A program made the translations under genes and the position numbers. A stretch of 64,000 bases of DNA from Abditibacterium sp. (GTDB lineage Bacteria > Armatimonadota > Abditibacteriia > Abditibacteriales > Abditibacteriaceae): contig OZ251992.1 in the NCBI GenBank assembly GCA_965246885.1, forward strand, positions 3,072,001 through 3,136,000, read 5' to 3'. Positions 9,075 to 18,340 of this stretch are shown piece after piece (position 1 is the stretch's first letter; each line of letters opens with the position of its first letter). Under the pieces are notes generated by a model, which worked only from the letters and a program-made list of their open reading frames with translations, ran no database searches and had not been told where the DNA came from.

Positions 9075-10850
9075 CTACTCTGCCGCGCGCACGTCCTTGA
9101 CGGCCAATTGTAGGCTGGTGCGCCCGTTGTATTCGTTGACTTCGGGCACGAACAGGCAGTCCACCAATTGGTCGTGGCGGAACTCGGCCAAGCGTTCCTG
9201 ACTGCGCCACCACACCCAATCGAACTCACGGCCATCGAGGGCGAACTTGCCCCGGCAATGCCCGCCGTTCATCGGCTTGATTTGCGACAGCCGCGCGCCG
9301 AAGAGCAGGAGCGAGGGCGCTTCGTTCTTCGTCCCGCATGGCTCCATGCGGGTGAGTTGCAGGGCGAGCTTCAAGTCCAAGTCGCGTGCTTCGACTTCGC
9401 AGTCGGCGACGATGCGCGGCACGAGGTCGTCCTCGCCGATGTTCTCCGACGCGAACTCCAGCGCGGCGCGCTTAAAATGAGGGATGTTGCGGGTTTCCAT
9501 GCTCAGGCCGCACGCCGCCGCGTGCCCGCCGCCGCTGGTGAGTAGGTCGCGCGTCGCTTCGACGAGGGCGTGCAAGTCGAACTCGGCGCAGGTGCGGCCC
9601 GACCCGTGCGCGTGCGCGGACTCCACGCCCAGCGCAAACGCGGGGCGCCCGTATTTCTCGACCAACTTCGCGGCGACGAGGCCCACGACGCCCCGGTGCC
9701 AGCCGCTTCCCGACGCGACGACCAATTTGTGCGTGTCGGCGTCAAAGTCGCGCTCCACCGACTCGCTCGCTTCGAGCAGCGCCGATTCGGTGCGACCCTT
9801 GCGCGTTTGGTTGAGTTCCTCGATTTCGCCCGCCAAGGCCGCGCACTCGGCGGCGTCGTCCGAGAGGAGCAGACGCAGCGCGAGTGTGGGCGACGCCAAG
9901 CGACCCGCCGCGTTGAGGCGCGGCGCAAGCCCAAACGACACGTCGCGCCCGCTCCACTTGGTCTTGGGCTTTTTGTCGCCCTTGGCGAGTGCCAATTGAT
10001 GCGGCAACGCGGCGTTGTTGATGAGCGCCAGTAACCCCTTGCGCCGCGTTTCATACAAGCGCTGCAAGCCCATAAATGCGAGGTAGCGGTTCTCGTCGCA
10101 TAATGGCACGCAGTCGGCGATAGTCGAAAGCGCGACCAAATCCACGAATTTCTCCTCGAAGGAGCCGAGCGCCGAGGGCTTGACGCGCGACAACAGCGCC
10201 TGCATCACCTTGAACGCGACGCCGCACCCCGACAGGCCGGTAAAGCCGTACGCCGAGTCGGGGCGCTTGGGGTTCACGACCGCGAGCGCGTCGGGCAACT
10301 CCTCGGAACACTCGTGGTGATCGGTGATGATTAAGTCCAGCCCGACCTCGCGCGCGCGCCGCGCCGGTTCGAGGGCGGTAATGCCGCAGTCCACGCTCAG
10401 CATGAGCGCAAAGCCGCCCGCCTTGGCGTCGTCTATGGCCGCGACCGATAGGCCGTACCCCTCGCTTCGTTCGGGCAAGCGCCACGACACATTCGCGCCC
10501 AGAGCTTTCAGCGTGCGCACCACGAGCGCCGTCGAAGTCACGCCGTCCACGTCGTAATCGCCAAAAACCAGAATTGCCTCGCGCTTTTGCAGCGCCTTCT
10601 CCAAACGGTCAACGGCCCGCTCTATGTCCGGTAGCGCACCGGGGTCGCGCAGTAAACCCGGATGCGGCGCGAAGAACGCCTCGACCAGTTCGGGCGTATT
10701 CAAACCACGCGAGCGCAGAATGGCGGCACACACCGGCGAGATTTGGAGCGCCGACGCGAGGCGCCGGTCGCAAAAGTCAACGCTCGCCCGCGCTTCCCAA
10801 AAAGCGGCGGGCGAGGTGCTGGGCGGCGAAGGGGACAAAGGGGAGTTCAT
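9075..10850 (-). CDS. recJ: Single-stranded-DNA exonuclease RecJ
   Basis: GDYDVDG, VDCG, DHH, PRLNAAGR, GSGR and GGHAAACG motifs. Confidence 0.95.
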   Translation of the reverse strand: MNSPLSPSPPSTSPAAFWEARASVDFCDRRLASALQISPVCAAILRSRGLNTPELVEAFFAPHPGLLRDPGALPDIERAVDRLEKALQKREAILVFGDYDVDGVTSTALVVRTLKALGANVSWRLPERSEGYGLSVAAIDDAKAGGFALMLSVDCGITALEPARRAREVGLDLIITDHHECSEELPDALAVVNPKRPDSAYGFTGLSGCGVAFKVMQALLSRVKPSALGSFEEKFVDLVALSTIADCVPLCDENRYLAFMGLQRLYETRRKGLLALINNAALPHQLALAKGDKKPKTKWSGRDVSFGLAPRLNAAGRLASPTLALRLLLSDDAAECAALAGEIEELNQTRKGRTESALLEASESVERDFDADTHKLVVASGSGWHRGVVGLVAAKLVEKYGRPAFALGVESAHAHGSGRTCAEFDLHALVEATRDLLTSGGGHAAACGLSMETRNIPHFKRAALEFASENIGEDDLVPRIVADCEVEARDLDLKLALQLTRMEPCGTKNEAPSLLLFGARLSQIKPMNGGHCRGKFALDGREFDWVWWRSQERLAEFRHDQLVDCLFVPEVNEYNGRTSLQLAVKDVRAAE

Positions 10851-10910
10851 CGAAGCGGCGAAAAGTGATGGGAAAAGGTTATCAAACGCCGCGCAGTTCC
10901 CTCGCCCGCC

Positions 10911-11882
10911 CTACTTCTCCCACAACGGCATCATTTCGGCGGAGCCGAAGACGCCATACACGCCGCGCTCACGCAACCAATGGGCGCGGCTGAGATAACC
11001 GAGCGCCGTCCCGCACACGTTGGCGGCCATCGAAGTTTCGTCGCCCAGAATAAAGCGGTGCTCCGATGTGTGGCCGTCGAAGGTTTTGCCGCGCAGTGTC
11101 ATGGTGGTTGAGACGGGCTTGTGGGCGCTCCGCGTGTCCATCACGCCGCCAACAGTCACCTGCTCGCGCCCGCACACGCCCGCGCGCTCCAACATTACGT
11201 CGTCCGCGTGTTCCATGTCGTGCAGCGTCAGCTTGCCGTCGGTTTTGCCAAGCAAGAGTTCGACTTCGTTATCGCTGAGCGCCTTGGCCGATTCGACGTC
11301 GAAACCCGGCAGATGGGCGATGTCCTCGCGGATGGTCGCCTTGTAGTCGTCCCAACGCGCTATCCCGACGCCCCACCAGATGTGGACGGACTCTATCTCG
11401 ATAAACGACTGCGCCGCGAGCGCCGCCGCCGCCGTCAGCATGCCGGGCGTCGCGCCGCAACCACTGAGGAAGGTGCAGCGATTGGCCTTGAGAAGCGGGT
11501 CAAGGTCAAAGATCATTTCCATCGCGCGCGTCCGCTTCAAAGCGTCCACAAGCGCGCCCTGAAAGCCGCCCGCGACGAAGCGTTCGACCACGCCGGGAAT
11601 GAAGTTGTTGGGCAGGTTGGGCAGCGCGAGGAACACGCCGTCGAACTCGTCTTTGAGCTTGACTATCTCGCCGATAGCGTCGTCACTCGCGTGGCCGCCC
11701 GCAAGCCCCGAAACGGAGCCGCCGACTTTGACCTCGCCGATGGCGCGCGCATCCAAACCGCGCGGGTTGAAGGCGAAGCCGCCCGCGTCGGCAATGGCGA
11801 CGAGGGTGTGAGAGGGTTTGTGTGCGAGAATGTGCGCGGCAGCCTTGCCCAAGCCGCCCGCACCTAAGATAGCAATTTTCAT
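10911..11882 (-). CDS. bioU: BioU, saccharopine-dehydrogenase-like biotin pathway enzyme that replaces BioA
   Basis: GAGGLG Rossmann motif, LALPNLPN, DALKRT, GCGATPG.LTAAAA, TIREDIAHLPG, HADD and GDETSMAANV, matching my recollection of cyanobacterial BioU. Confidence 0.85.
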   Translation of the reverse strand: MKIAILGAGGLGKAAAHILAHKPSHTLVAIADAGGFAFNPRGLDARAIGEVKVGGSVSGLAGGHASDDAIGEIVKLKDEFDGVFLALPNLPNNFIPGVVERFVAGGFQGALVDALKRTRAMEMIFDLDPLLKANRCTFLSGCGATPGMLTAAAALAAQSFIEIESVHIWWGVGIARWDDYKATIREDIAHLPGFDVESAKALSDNEVELLLGKTDGKLTLHDMEHADDVMLERAGVCGREQVTVGGVMDTRSAHKPVSTTMTLRGKTFDGHTSEHRFILGDETSMAANVCGTALGYLSRAHWLRERGVYGVFGSAEMMPLWEK

Positions 11883-11892
11883 TTGGATTCGT

Positions 11893-11926
11893 TTGACCGC
11901 AGATGAACGCGGATTGACGCAGATGA
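11893..11926. repeat. Short degenerate (A)CGCRGATG-type repeat downstream of the GxxExxY gene
   Basis: TTGACCGCAGATGAACGCGGATTGACGCAGATGA; near-identical to the left arm of the element at about 14915. Confidence 0.6.
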
Positions 11927-11939
11927 TTTTGAACGGATT

Positions 11940-12320
11940 TCAAAAGTCGCGCACGACACGCTTGGTTTGAACGCGCGTAGTGCCGAAATTGAGGATGAGG
12001 GCGACTTTAAAACCGGTCGTTTTCAGGTAGTTCAGGCACTGCGCGATGTGCGCTTCGACGATGGCGGGGCGCGACTTGAGTTCGAGCAGAACGCAGCCCT
12101 CAACAACGATGTCGGTGATGAACTCTCCGACCAATTCGCCCTTGTAAAACACCCGAAGCGGTACCTGTTGCTCGACTGCCAGCCCACGAGAGCGCATCTC
12201 GTAGACAAGAGCGTTCTCATAGACCTTCTCCAAATAACCGGGGCGTCAAGCCTTGGCGACTTTAATCGCGCAACCCAAGACACGCCCGGAAATCTCCTTC
12301 AACTCTTCCTCTGTGATCAT
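11940..12320 (-). pseudogene. GxxExxY family protein with in-frame TGA
   Basis: From ATG 12320: MITEEELKEISGRVLGCAIKVAKA*RPGYLEKVYENAL...DIVVEGCVLLELKS...AQCLNYLK...LILNFG. The TGA is at 12246-12248. Confidence 0.82.
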
Positions 12321-13414
12321 CCGTGAACTCCTCCGTGTTCTCTGTGGCTATGCATTTTATCGAACACCAGCGCCCCGACATGCCCGCCGAAGCCGTAGTT
12401 CAGGCTCAATACCGACTCCACCTTTCCGGCGCGCTCCTCTCGCACGATGTCCAACTCAAAGGCGCTTTCTTCTAAGCCAAGCGTGGGCGGCAGAACACCT
12501 CGCTTGAGCGCCAACACGCACAGCGCCGCTTCGACGGCGCCCGATGCGCCGAGCAGGTGACCTGTGAGCGCCTTGGTGGAGGAAACGGGCACGGTTGCCC
12601 CGAACAAACGGCACAAGGCGCGCGCTTCGACAGCGTCGTTTTGCGCGGTCGCCGTCCCGTGCGCGTTGATGTAGCCGAGGGCCGGGTGGCCCGCCTGCGC
12701 GGAGGCTTCCTCAACAGCACGGATGATGGAATCGCCACCCGGCGCCATCGAAGTCATGTGAGTCGCGTCGGCGCGCATGGAGTAACCGGACACGCGGGCG
12801 TGAACCTTCGCGCCCCGGCTTTGCGCGTGCGCGAGCGATTCGAGAAGGAGGAAGCCACTGCCCGAACCGGGCACGAACCCGTCGCGGCGGGCGTCGAAAG
12901 GACGCATGACGCCCGACTTGGAAAGCGCGCCCATTTGGGCATAGGCCGCCAGCACCATCGGATGTTGCGGCGGCTCCGTCGCGCCGCACAGGACGACGTC
13001 CGCTTCGCCCGACTCGATCAAGCGCGCGCCCAAGATAACCGCGTGGCTGCCCGTCGCGCACGCAGCAACGGGGCACAGCGTTTGGCCACACGCTCCAAAG
13101 CGCGCGGCCAAGTAGTGCGCCGTGTAGTCGGAAAAGAACCCTATCCCCCGCTCGCCGACGGCGCCCTCGAAGGCGCCGAAGTTGTTCTTGGAAACGCCCC
13201 AAACTACCGAGCGCCGCGCATATTGATCGCCCGAAATCTGGTTGAACAGCCCCTGCCCTTCGCGGGGCACAAGGTCAAGGATGCCCGCGTGCCCCGCAGG
13301 AATCGCCGAGAAGACGCCCGAACCGCGCGAGCGCGAACTCCAGCCGCCGATGGGGGCGCCGGTCGCATCCGTGATGACGGCGCCAAAGCCCGTCACGGCG
13401 ACTTGTTGCTTCAT
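12317..13414 (-). CDS. Short beta-ketoacyl-ACP synthase (FabF-like)
   Basis: Starts MKQQVAVTGFG with ATGA overlap to the SDR. Catalytic AACATG, NAHGTAT and TGHLLGASG, C-terminal NYGFGG. Confidence 0.88.
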   Translation of the reverse strand: MKQQVAVTGFGAVITDATGAPIGGWSSRSRGSGVFSAIPAGHAGILDLVPREGQGLFNQISGDQYARRSVVWGVSKNNFGAFEGAVGERGIGFFSDYTAHYLAARFGACGQTLCPVAACATGSHAVILGARLIESGEADVVLCGATEPPQHPMVLAAYAQMGALSKSGVMRPFDARRDGFVPGSGSGFLLLESLAHAQSRGAKVHARVSGYSMRADATHMTSMAPGGDSIIRAVEEASAQAGHPALGYINAHGTATAQNDAVEARALCRLFGATVPVSSTKALTGHLLGASGAVEAALCVLALKRGVLPPTLGLEESAFELDIVREERAGKVESVLSLNYGFGGHVGALVFDKMHSHREHGGVHG

Positions 13415-14097
13415 AGACGGCAGTCGGGCCTCAGCACCTGCCCGCTCGTGCGAGAGTTTGCCGTTAAAAACCACTGGACAAACGCGGCCAACGCCTGCGC
13501 CGCGTCGCTGTCGGGCACTACATTCTCTAACGCGCGCTGAGCCTTGGTGCGCGGCGAAAGCGCTTCGTCGGGCGTCGGAGCGTAGCCGGGGCACAGCGCG
13601 TTGACCCGAACGCCCCGCTCGCCCCCTTCGATGGCCGCCGTGCGCATCAGTCCTAACACCCCCGCTTTGGCGGCGCCGTAAGCGCTTTGACCGATGCTTC
13701 CCCGAAGTCCCACGCGCGACGACACAAGTAGCAGTTGCCCGCCGGAAGGCAGGTACTCCAGCGCCGCGCGGGTAACGAGAAACGACGAATCGAGGTGCGC
13801 CGCCAACACGTCTCGCCACTCCTCCGGTGAAGTGCGCGCAACGAGCGCGCTGTGCGAAGCGCCCGCCAGATGAACGACGGCAGTAAACTGGTGCGCTGTA
13901 AACAGCGCACCCACCGCTTCCTCGTCGCGCAAGTCGCCTTGCCACAAGGCGCAGCCGGTTTGCTCGCGCAGGTGCGTGGCGCGCTCGCGGTTCGAGGCAA
14001 ACGTGGCGACGACATCGTGGCCTCCCGCGCACAGTTCCCGCGTCAAGGCGCTCCCCAAGGTGCCCGTCCCGCCCGTCACCAGAACCCGTTGCATCAC
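13411..14097 (-). CDS. SDR oxidoreductase (FabG-like)
   Basis: TGGTGTLG and S...YGAAK motifs. Confidence 0.88.
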   Translation of the reverse strand: MMQRVLVTGGTGTLGSALTRELCAGGHDVVATFASNRERATHLREQTGCALWQGDLRDEEAVGALFTAHQFTAVVHLAGASHSALVARTSPEEWRDVLAAHLDSSFLVTRAALEYLPSGGQLLLVSSRVGLRGSIGQSAYGAAKAGVLGLMRTAAIEGGERGVRVNALCPGYAPTPDEALSPRTKAQRALENVVPDSDAAQALAAFVQWFLTANSRTSGQVLRPDCRL

Positions 14098-14128
14098 CCA
14101 TCAGTTTGCCGCGCCAAACTCTATCGGC

Positions 14129-14911
14129 ATGGTGTGGCACAACGGCGAGCTACGGGAAACGGCGTGGGTGGACGCTTCGAGTGCGGGCCTCACCCTCGGC
14201 TGGGGCGTCTTTTCGACCCTTGCCGTGCGCGAGGGGCGCGCGACGCTGGTAGCGCAACACGTGGCGCGGCTACGGCGCGACGCGGCGCGGTGTGCGGTCG
14301 AAGTGCCCTTTTCAAACGCGCAACTGAGCGAGGGCTTGGGCGCGGTGATTGCCGCAAACGGCGTGCGAAACGGACTCGCGCGCCTGACGGCAACGCGGCG
14401 GGGGGATGGGCGTTGGAACACGGACGCGGCGGGCAGCGAGGTGACGATTCTGGCGCTCGAAGCGGCGCCGTCCAAGGTGCGCGGCTTGCGCGTGACGGTC
14501 GCACCTGCGCCGGAGTTGGGGGCGCTCCGGGGCGTGAAGACAACGTCGTATCTGCCCTTTTTGTGGGAGTGGCAACGCGCACTCGCGGCGGGGTACGACG
14601 AAGTGATACTGCTCGATGCGCAGGAGCAGGTGGTGGAAGCGGCGCGCTCAAGCCTGTTCTGGGTGCGCGGCGGGCGCTTGGAAACATCGCCGCTTGCGTC
14701 GGGCGCACTCGAAGGCATCGGGCGCGACATTGTGCTGCGCGGGGGCCGCGAAGCGCAGTTGCATCGGAGCGAGTTGGTGGCGTGTGAGGAACTCCTGCTG
14801 GTTTCGGCAGCAACAGGGCCGCGCTCCATTGCGGCAGTCGAGGGAACGGAACTGCCGCGAGAAGCGCCGGTCTTCGAGCGGTTGCGCGCGTGGTGGGACG
14901 AACAAATTTAA
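14129..14911 (+). CDS. Class IV aminotransferase / aminodeoxychorismate lyase-like protein
   Basis: GLTLGWGVFSTL, H..RL, KTTSY, YDEVILL...E and L.GI.R motifs. Confidence 0.85.
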   Translation: MVWHNGELRETAWVDASSAGLTLGWGVFSTLAVREGRATLVAQHVARLRRDAARCAVEVPFSNAQLSEGLGAVIAANGVRNGLARLTATRRGDGRWNTDAAGSEVTILALEAAPSKVRGLRVTVAPAPELGALRGVKTTSYLPFLWEWQRALAAGYDEVILLDAQEQVVEAARSSLFWVRGGRLETSPLASGALEGIGRDIVLRGGREAQLHRSELVACEELLLVSAATGPRSIAAVEGTELPREAPVFERLRAWWDEQI

Positions 14912-14914
14912 CTT

Positions 14915-14994
14915 TTTGACCGCAGTTGGACGCGGATGGACGCCGATGTTTTTTTGGTTCATCTGCGCTCATCGGCGTCCATCGGCGGTTAAAA
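14915..14994. repeat. Imperfect inverted-repeat element between convergent genes
   Basis: TTTTGACCGCAGTTGGACGCGGATGGACGCCGATG...CATCTGCGCTCATCGGCGTCCATCGGCGGTTAAAA; same family as 11893-11926. Confidence 0.65.
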
Positions 14995-15981
14995 TCAAGA
15001 AGGCAAAAGGTCGCTGGTCATGTCTAATTCGCTTTCTAATTCGGCGACGGACGCGGCTAACTTCCCTTGCCCGAACGCATCGAGCGGCACGCCTTGAACA
15101 ATCTGGACAGCGCCGTTGTCGAAGCGCGTGGGAAAGGAGGAAACCAGACCGGCTGGCACGTTGTAACTGCCGTCGGAAACAAGAGCGACGGAGTGCCAGT
15201 CATCGCGCGGCGTGGGGGTTGTGAGGGAAACTACGCTGTCTACAACCGCGTTGGCGGCGCTTCCGGCGGAACTGGCACCGCGCGCTTTGATGACCGCCGC
15301 GCCGCGCGTTTGCACGGCGGGAACGAAGGCGTTTTCGAGCCAAGAGCGGTCGGGGATAGCATTGGTGGCGGGGGCGCCGTTGATGCGGGCGTTGCCGAAG
15401 TCGGGAAACTGAGTGGAAGAGTGGTTGCCCCAGATGGTCACGCGGTCGACGGCGGCAACCGGGGTGCCCGCTTTGACGGCGAGCATGGTTTTGGCGCGGT
15501 TCTCGTCCAGACGGGTCATGGCGAACCACCGGCTGGCGGGCACGTCAGGGGCGTTGCGCTGGGCAATCAGGCAGTTGGTGTTGCACGGGTTGCCCACGAC
15601 CAAGATGCGCACATCGGAGGCGGCGTTCTCTTGGATGGCGCGGCCTTGGCCGGTAAAGATTTTGCCGTTGATGCCGAGTAGGTCTTTGCGCTCCATACCG
15701 TCTTTGCGCGGGACGGAGCCAATGAGGAGCGCCCAGTTCGCGCCGTCGAAACCGGCTTTCAGGTCGGATGTGGCGCGCGCTCCGGCCAAGAGGGGGAACG
15801 CGCAATCGTCCAATTCCATCAAGACGCCGTCCAACGCGGGCAAAGCGGCTTCGATTTCGATGAGGTGCAAGAAGACGGGCTGATTCGGGCCGAACATTTG
15901 GCCCGACGCGATGCGGAAGATGAGGGCGTAGCCGATCTGTCCGGCGGCTCCGGTGAGGGCGATGTGGATGGGTTGGGACAT
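14995..15981 (-). CDS. mdh: Malate dehydrogenase (MDH type 2)
   Basis: [22 protein letters not shown] and WGNHS motifs. Confidence 0.96.
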   Translation of the reverse strand: MSQPIHIALTGAAGQIGYALIFRIASGQMFGPNQPVFLHLIEIEAALPALDGVLMELDDCAFPLLAGARATSDLKAGFDGANWALLIGSVPRKDGMERKDLLGINGKIFTGQGRAIQENAASDVRILVVGNPCNTNCLIAQRNAPDVPASRWFAMTRLDENRAKTMLAVKAGTPVAAVDRVTIWGNHSSTQFPDFGNARINGAPATNAIPDRSWLENAFVPAVQTRGAAVIKARGASSAGSAANAVVDSVVSLTTPTPRDDWHSVALVSDGSYNVPAGLVSSFPTRFDNGAVQIVQGVPLDAFGQGKLAASVAELESELDMTSDLLPS

Positions 15982-16008
15982 GGTGCAAAGGTGTCCGGTG
16001 CAAACAGG

Positions 16009-16037
16009 TTGACGCGCGGGCGCAAAACCGCTAAGAT
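16009..16037 (+). promoter_or_regulatory. Putative sigma70 promoter for the small ORF and tRNA-Met
   Basis: TTGACG-N17-TAAGAT. Confidence 0.6.
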
Positions 16038-16082
16038 TTTACGGGCCTTTTGCGGAGGGCACCCAACAGGAGAACTCACGAC

Positions 16083-16256
16083 ATGGCCTTAGATTTAGTG
16101 CGCTTGCAGTCCTACGACGCCGCGCCATTGCAACAAGTAGATCAACAAATGTTCGACGCCATCACTGGCGAACACGCCGAGCGGCGGCGCCGCATCGAAG
16201 ACAAGCGCCAGCGCAAACTCAAAAAGCGCAAGCAAAAGCGCAAGCGCGACGACTAA
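16083..16256 (+). CDS. Small Lys/Arg-rich hypothetical protein (57 aa)
   Basis: AGGAG RBS upstream of ATG 16083, and a promoter upstream of that. Confidence 0.55.
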   Translation: MALDLVRLQSYDAAPLQQVDQQMFDAITGEHAERRRRIEDKRQRKLKKRKQKRKRDD

Positions 16257-16286
16257 ACCGGACGCGGACACCCCGCGCCCCCTTAT

Positions 16287-16359
16287 GGCGGGATAGCTCA
16301 GCGGTTAGAGCAACGGCTTCATAAGCCGTAGGTCGAGGGTTCAAATCCCCCTCCCGCTA
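16287..16359 (+). tRNA. tRNA-Met(CAT), probably elongator
   Basis: Cloverleaf with GGCGGGA/TCCCGCT acceptor, ACGGC-TTCATAA-GCCGT anticodon arm and GGTTCAAATCC T arm. CCA not encoded. Confidence 0.93.
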
Positions 16360-16368
16360 CTTCTTTCG

Positions 16369-16406
16369 GCCTCCGTCTCCCGCAAGGGAAGCGGAGGCTT
16401 CCGTTT
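16369..16406 (+). terminator. Hairpin downstream of tRNA-Met
   Basis: GCCTCCG.CTCCC-GCAA-GGGAAG.CGGAGGC followed by TTCCGTTT. Confidence 0.55.
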
Positions 16407-16446
16407 GTCAGGTAGCGAGTCATTTGGACGAGCCACCCGCACCGGT

Positions 16447-16481
16447 GACTCATCGGCGCGTACGCGTGACTCATCGGCGCG
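16447..16481. repeat. Dispersed doublet repeat GACTCATCGGCGCG (second copy at 45586)
   Basis: Two units 21 bp apart; same as 45586-45619 except for a 1-bp indel. Confidence 0.75.
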
Positions 16482-16543
16482 CCCCGGTGCAAGAGCGACC
16501 AGTACGGGCGCAGCCTCGCCCGACGACGGCGGAAATTTCGGGC

Positions 16544-16600
16544 TTGACAGCGCTCGCGGGCGACGGTAAAATATATGGCGCCTGAATTCAGCTAATTCAG
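16544..16600 (+). promoter_or_regulatory. Near-consensus sigma70 promoter with a palindromic operator
   Basis: TTGACA(16544)-N17-TAAAAT(16567), then CTGAATT-N5-AATTCAG at 16582-16600. Confidence 0.72.
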
Positions 16601-16659
16601 TGAAATAGGAACGAGAAAGCCCGTTAGCTGTCTTTCATTAGACACACGGAGAACACATC

Positions 16660-17628
16660 ATGAGCGCAGAAAAGAAACCTCGCGCGCCGCGTAGCGGCCC
16701 CTCGGCAACTGCCGAACACCTCGATTCGACCGATGTCGAATCTTTGTCCCCGTCCACCGCTCCGGTTGACCAGCAACCGGAAGCCCATCTTGCCGCGTCG
16801 GGCGAAATGCTCGCTCCCGCCGACGCTTTCCCCGACTTCGCCGTTGACCCCGCCGAAGTGACGCGCCGCACTCAGATGCTACGGGATTACGTGCGCAACC
16901 ACATGGTTGAAGGCGAGGATTATGGCGTCGTTCCCGGCGGCACCAAGCCTACTCTGTTCAAGCCGGGTGCCGAAAAACTCAACGCCGTTTTTGGCCTGTC
17001 GCCGCTTGTCGAAGTCACCAACCGCGAAGAAAATTGGGACGACGGCTTTGTGTCTTACGAAATCAAAGTCACCCTTTTCAACAAGCGGAGCGAAAAGGTG
17101 GACGCCGAGGGTATCGGCTCGTGCAACTCACGCGAGCGCCGCTACAAGAACCAAGACGCCGCCAACATCGCCAACACCGTCCTCAAGATGGCCAAGAAGC
17201 GTGCCCTCGTGGACGCCACACTCAGCGCGACGCGCGCAAGCGGTATGTTCACCCAAGACCTCGAAGACATGGACTTGAGCGAACCTGCGCCGCGCTACGG
17301 CAACCGCCCCAACCCGCGCGACGCCGCTCCCGAAACCCAGCCCATCCGTGAGGGTGGCACAAGCGGCGGCGACCTCGCCACCGAAGCGCAGCACCGCGCG
17401 ATCATGGCCATTGCGGGTCGCGTCTTCGGGCGTCATTCGCGCGACGAGGATGTGCTGCGTTTGGCCAAAAAGCCCCTCGAAGCGCTTTCCAAAAGTGAAG
17501 CGAGCGGCCTCATTGACCGCTTGCGCGGCATGCTCGGCGAGTCGGACAAGCCCGCCGGGGCGCCCGACCGAGAAGTGGCGTTTGTACGGTCGGCGCGCAA
17601 CGGCGACGCGCGCGTCGGCTCCAATTAG
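16660..17628 (+). CDS. Hypothetical protein resembling phage recombination / ssDNA-annealing proteins
   Basis: DYGVVPG..KPTL.KPGAEKL and NT.LKMA.KRA.VDA motifs, plus a C-terminal AT..Q...LSKSEAS.LID.L helical module. Function is inferred. Confidence 0.6.
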   Translation: MSAEKKPRAPRSGPSATAEHLDSTDVESLSPSTAPVDQQPEAHLAASGEMLAPADAFPDFAVDPAEVTRRTQMLRDYVRNHMVEGEDYGVVPGGTKPTLFKPGAEKLNAVFGLSPLVEVTNREENWDDGFVSYEIKVTLFNKRSEKVDAEGIGSCNSRERRYKNQDAANIANTVLKMAKKRALVDATLSATRASGMFTQDLEDMDLSEPAPRYGNRPNPRDAAPETQPIREGGTSGGDLATEAQHRAIMAIAGRVFGRHSRDEDVLRLAKKPLEALSKSEASGLIDRLRGMLGESDKPAGAPDREVAFVRSARNGDARVGSN

Positions 17629-17769
17629 TGTCCTATTCCAACCCACTTCCCCCTCGGCAAACGTATGGCGGGCGCAACCATTCCGGTCGCGCCCGCCGCT
17701 GTTTGGCAGTTCGTTTAGCTTTAATCCCGCCCTCCGCCCTCGGAAAAGAACTTGCTTGACTTAGGGTAT

Positions 17770-18336
17770 ATGCAACCACAACTCGACGCGCCGCCGGACG
17801 TGCCACCCATTGCCTCTCCCTCTGGCTCCGCTCCGCCGGTCACCGAATCCCCGAAACACGACCCCCGATTTGTTTTGCAAGTCGTGCAACCCGGTCTACT
17901 CGGTTTGATGGACGGCTCCGTCTCAACGCTCGCTCCCATCTTCGCCACTGCTGGACTCACCCACAACCCCCACGACGCCTTTTTAGTCGGCATGGCCGGT
18001 TCCCTTGGCGCAGGACTGAGCATGGGACTTGCCGAAGCCCTCTCGGACGACGGCGAAGTTTCGGGGCGCGGCACCCCGCTCAAACGCGGAGCCATTACGG
18101 GCATCGCCACTTTCGTCGGCGGCGCGTTGCACTCATTGCCCTTCTTGATTCAGAACTTGCAAGCCGCCCTCCATCTCGCCTACGCCGTCGTCGTCGCCGA
18201 ACTGCTCACCATCGCCTTCATCCGCTACCGCTACATGAAAAGCCCGCTCGCTCAAACTGTTGGCCAAGTCATCATCGGCGGCGGCATCGTCTTCCTCATC
18301 GGCGTCTGGCTGGGCCGTTTCGGAGCGGGGGGCTAA
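17770..18336 (+). CDS. VIT1/CCC1 family (MbfA C-terminal-like) iron exporter
   Basis: [17 protein letters not shown] and [11 protein letters not shown] motifs with TM helices. Confidence 0.88.
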   Translation: MQPQLDAPPDVPPIASPSGSAPPVTESPKHDPRFVLQVVQPGLLGLMDGSVSTLAPIFATAGLTHNPHDAFLVGMAGSLGAGLSMGLAEALSDDGEVSGRGTPLKRGAITGIATFVGGALHSLPFLIQNLQAALHLAYAVVVAELLTIAFIRYRYMKSPLAQTVGQVIIGGGIVFLIGVWLGRFGAGG

Positions 18337-18340
18337 ATCT

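Noticed and set aside
7137..12248. Two in-frame TGA codons (NADAR, GxxExxY) suggesting TGA recoding or selenocysteine
   Set aside because: They replace different expected residues (Arg and probably Leu), neither is a Cys, Trp or Gly site, and many intact genes here end in TGA with ATGA coupling.
13415..14140. N-terminal extension of the 607-aa KAS ORF (12317..14140)
   Set aside because: It is an alternate frame over the SDR gene. The KAS starts at ATG 13414, overlapping the SDR stop.
16287..17628. Prophage or integrated element at tRNA-Met
   Set aside because: No integrase, att duplication or other phage genes; only one phage-like gene.
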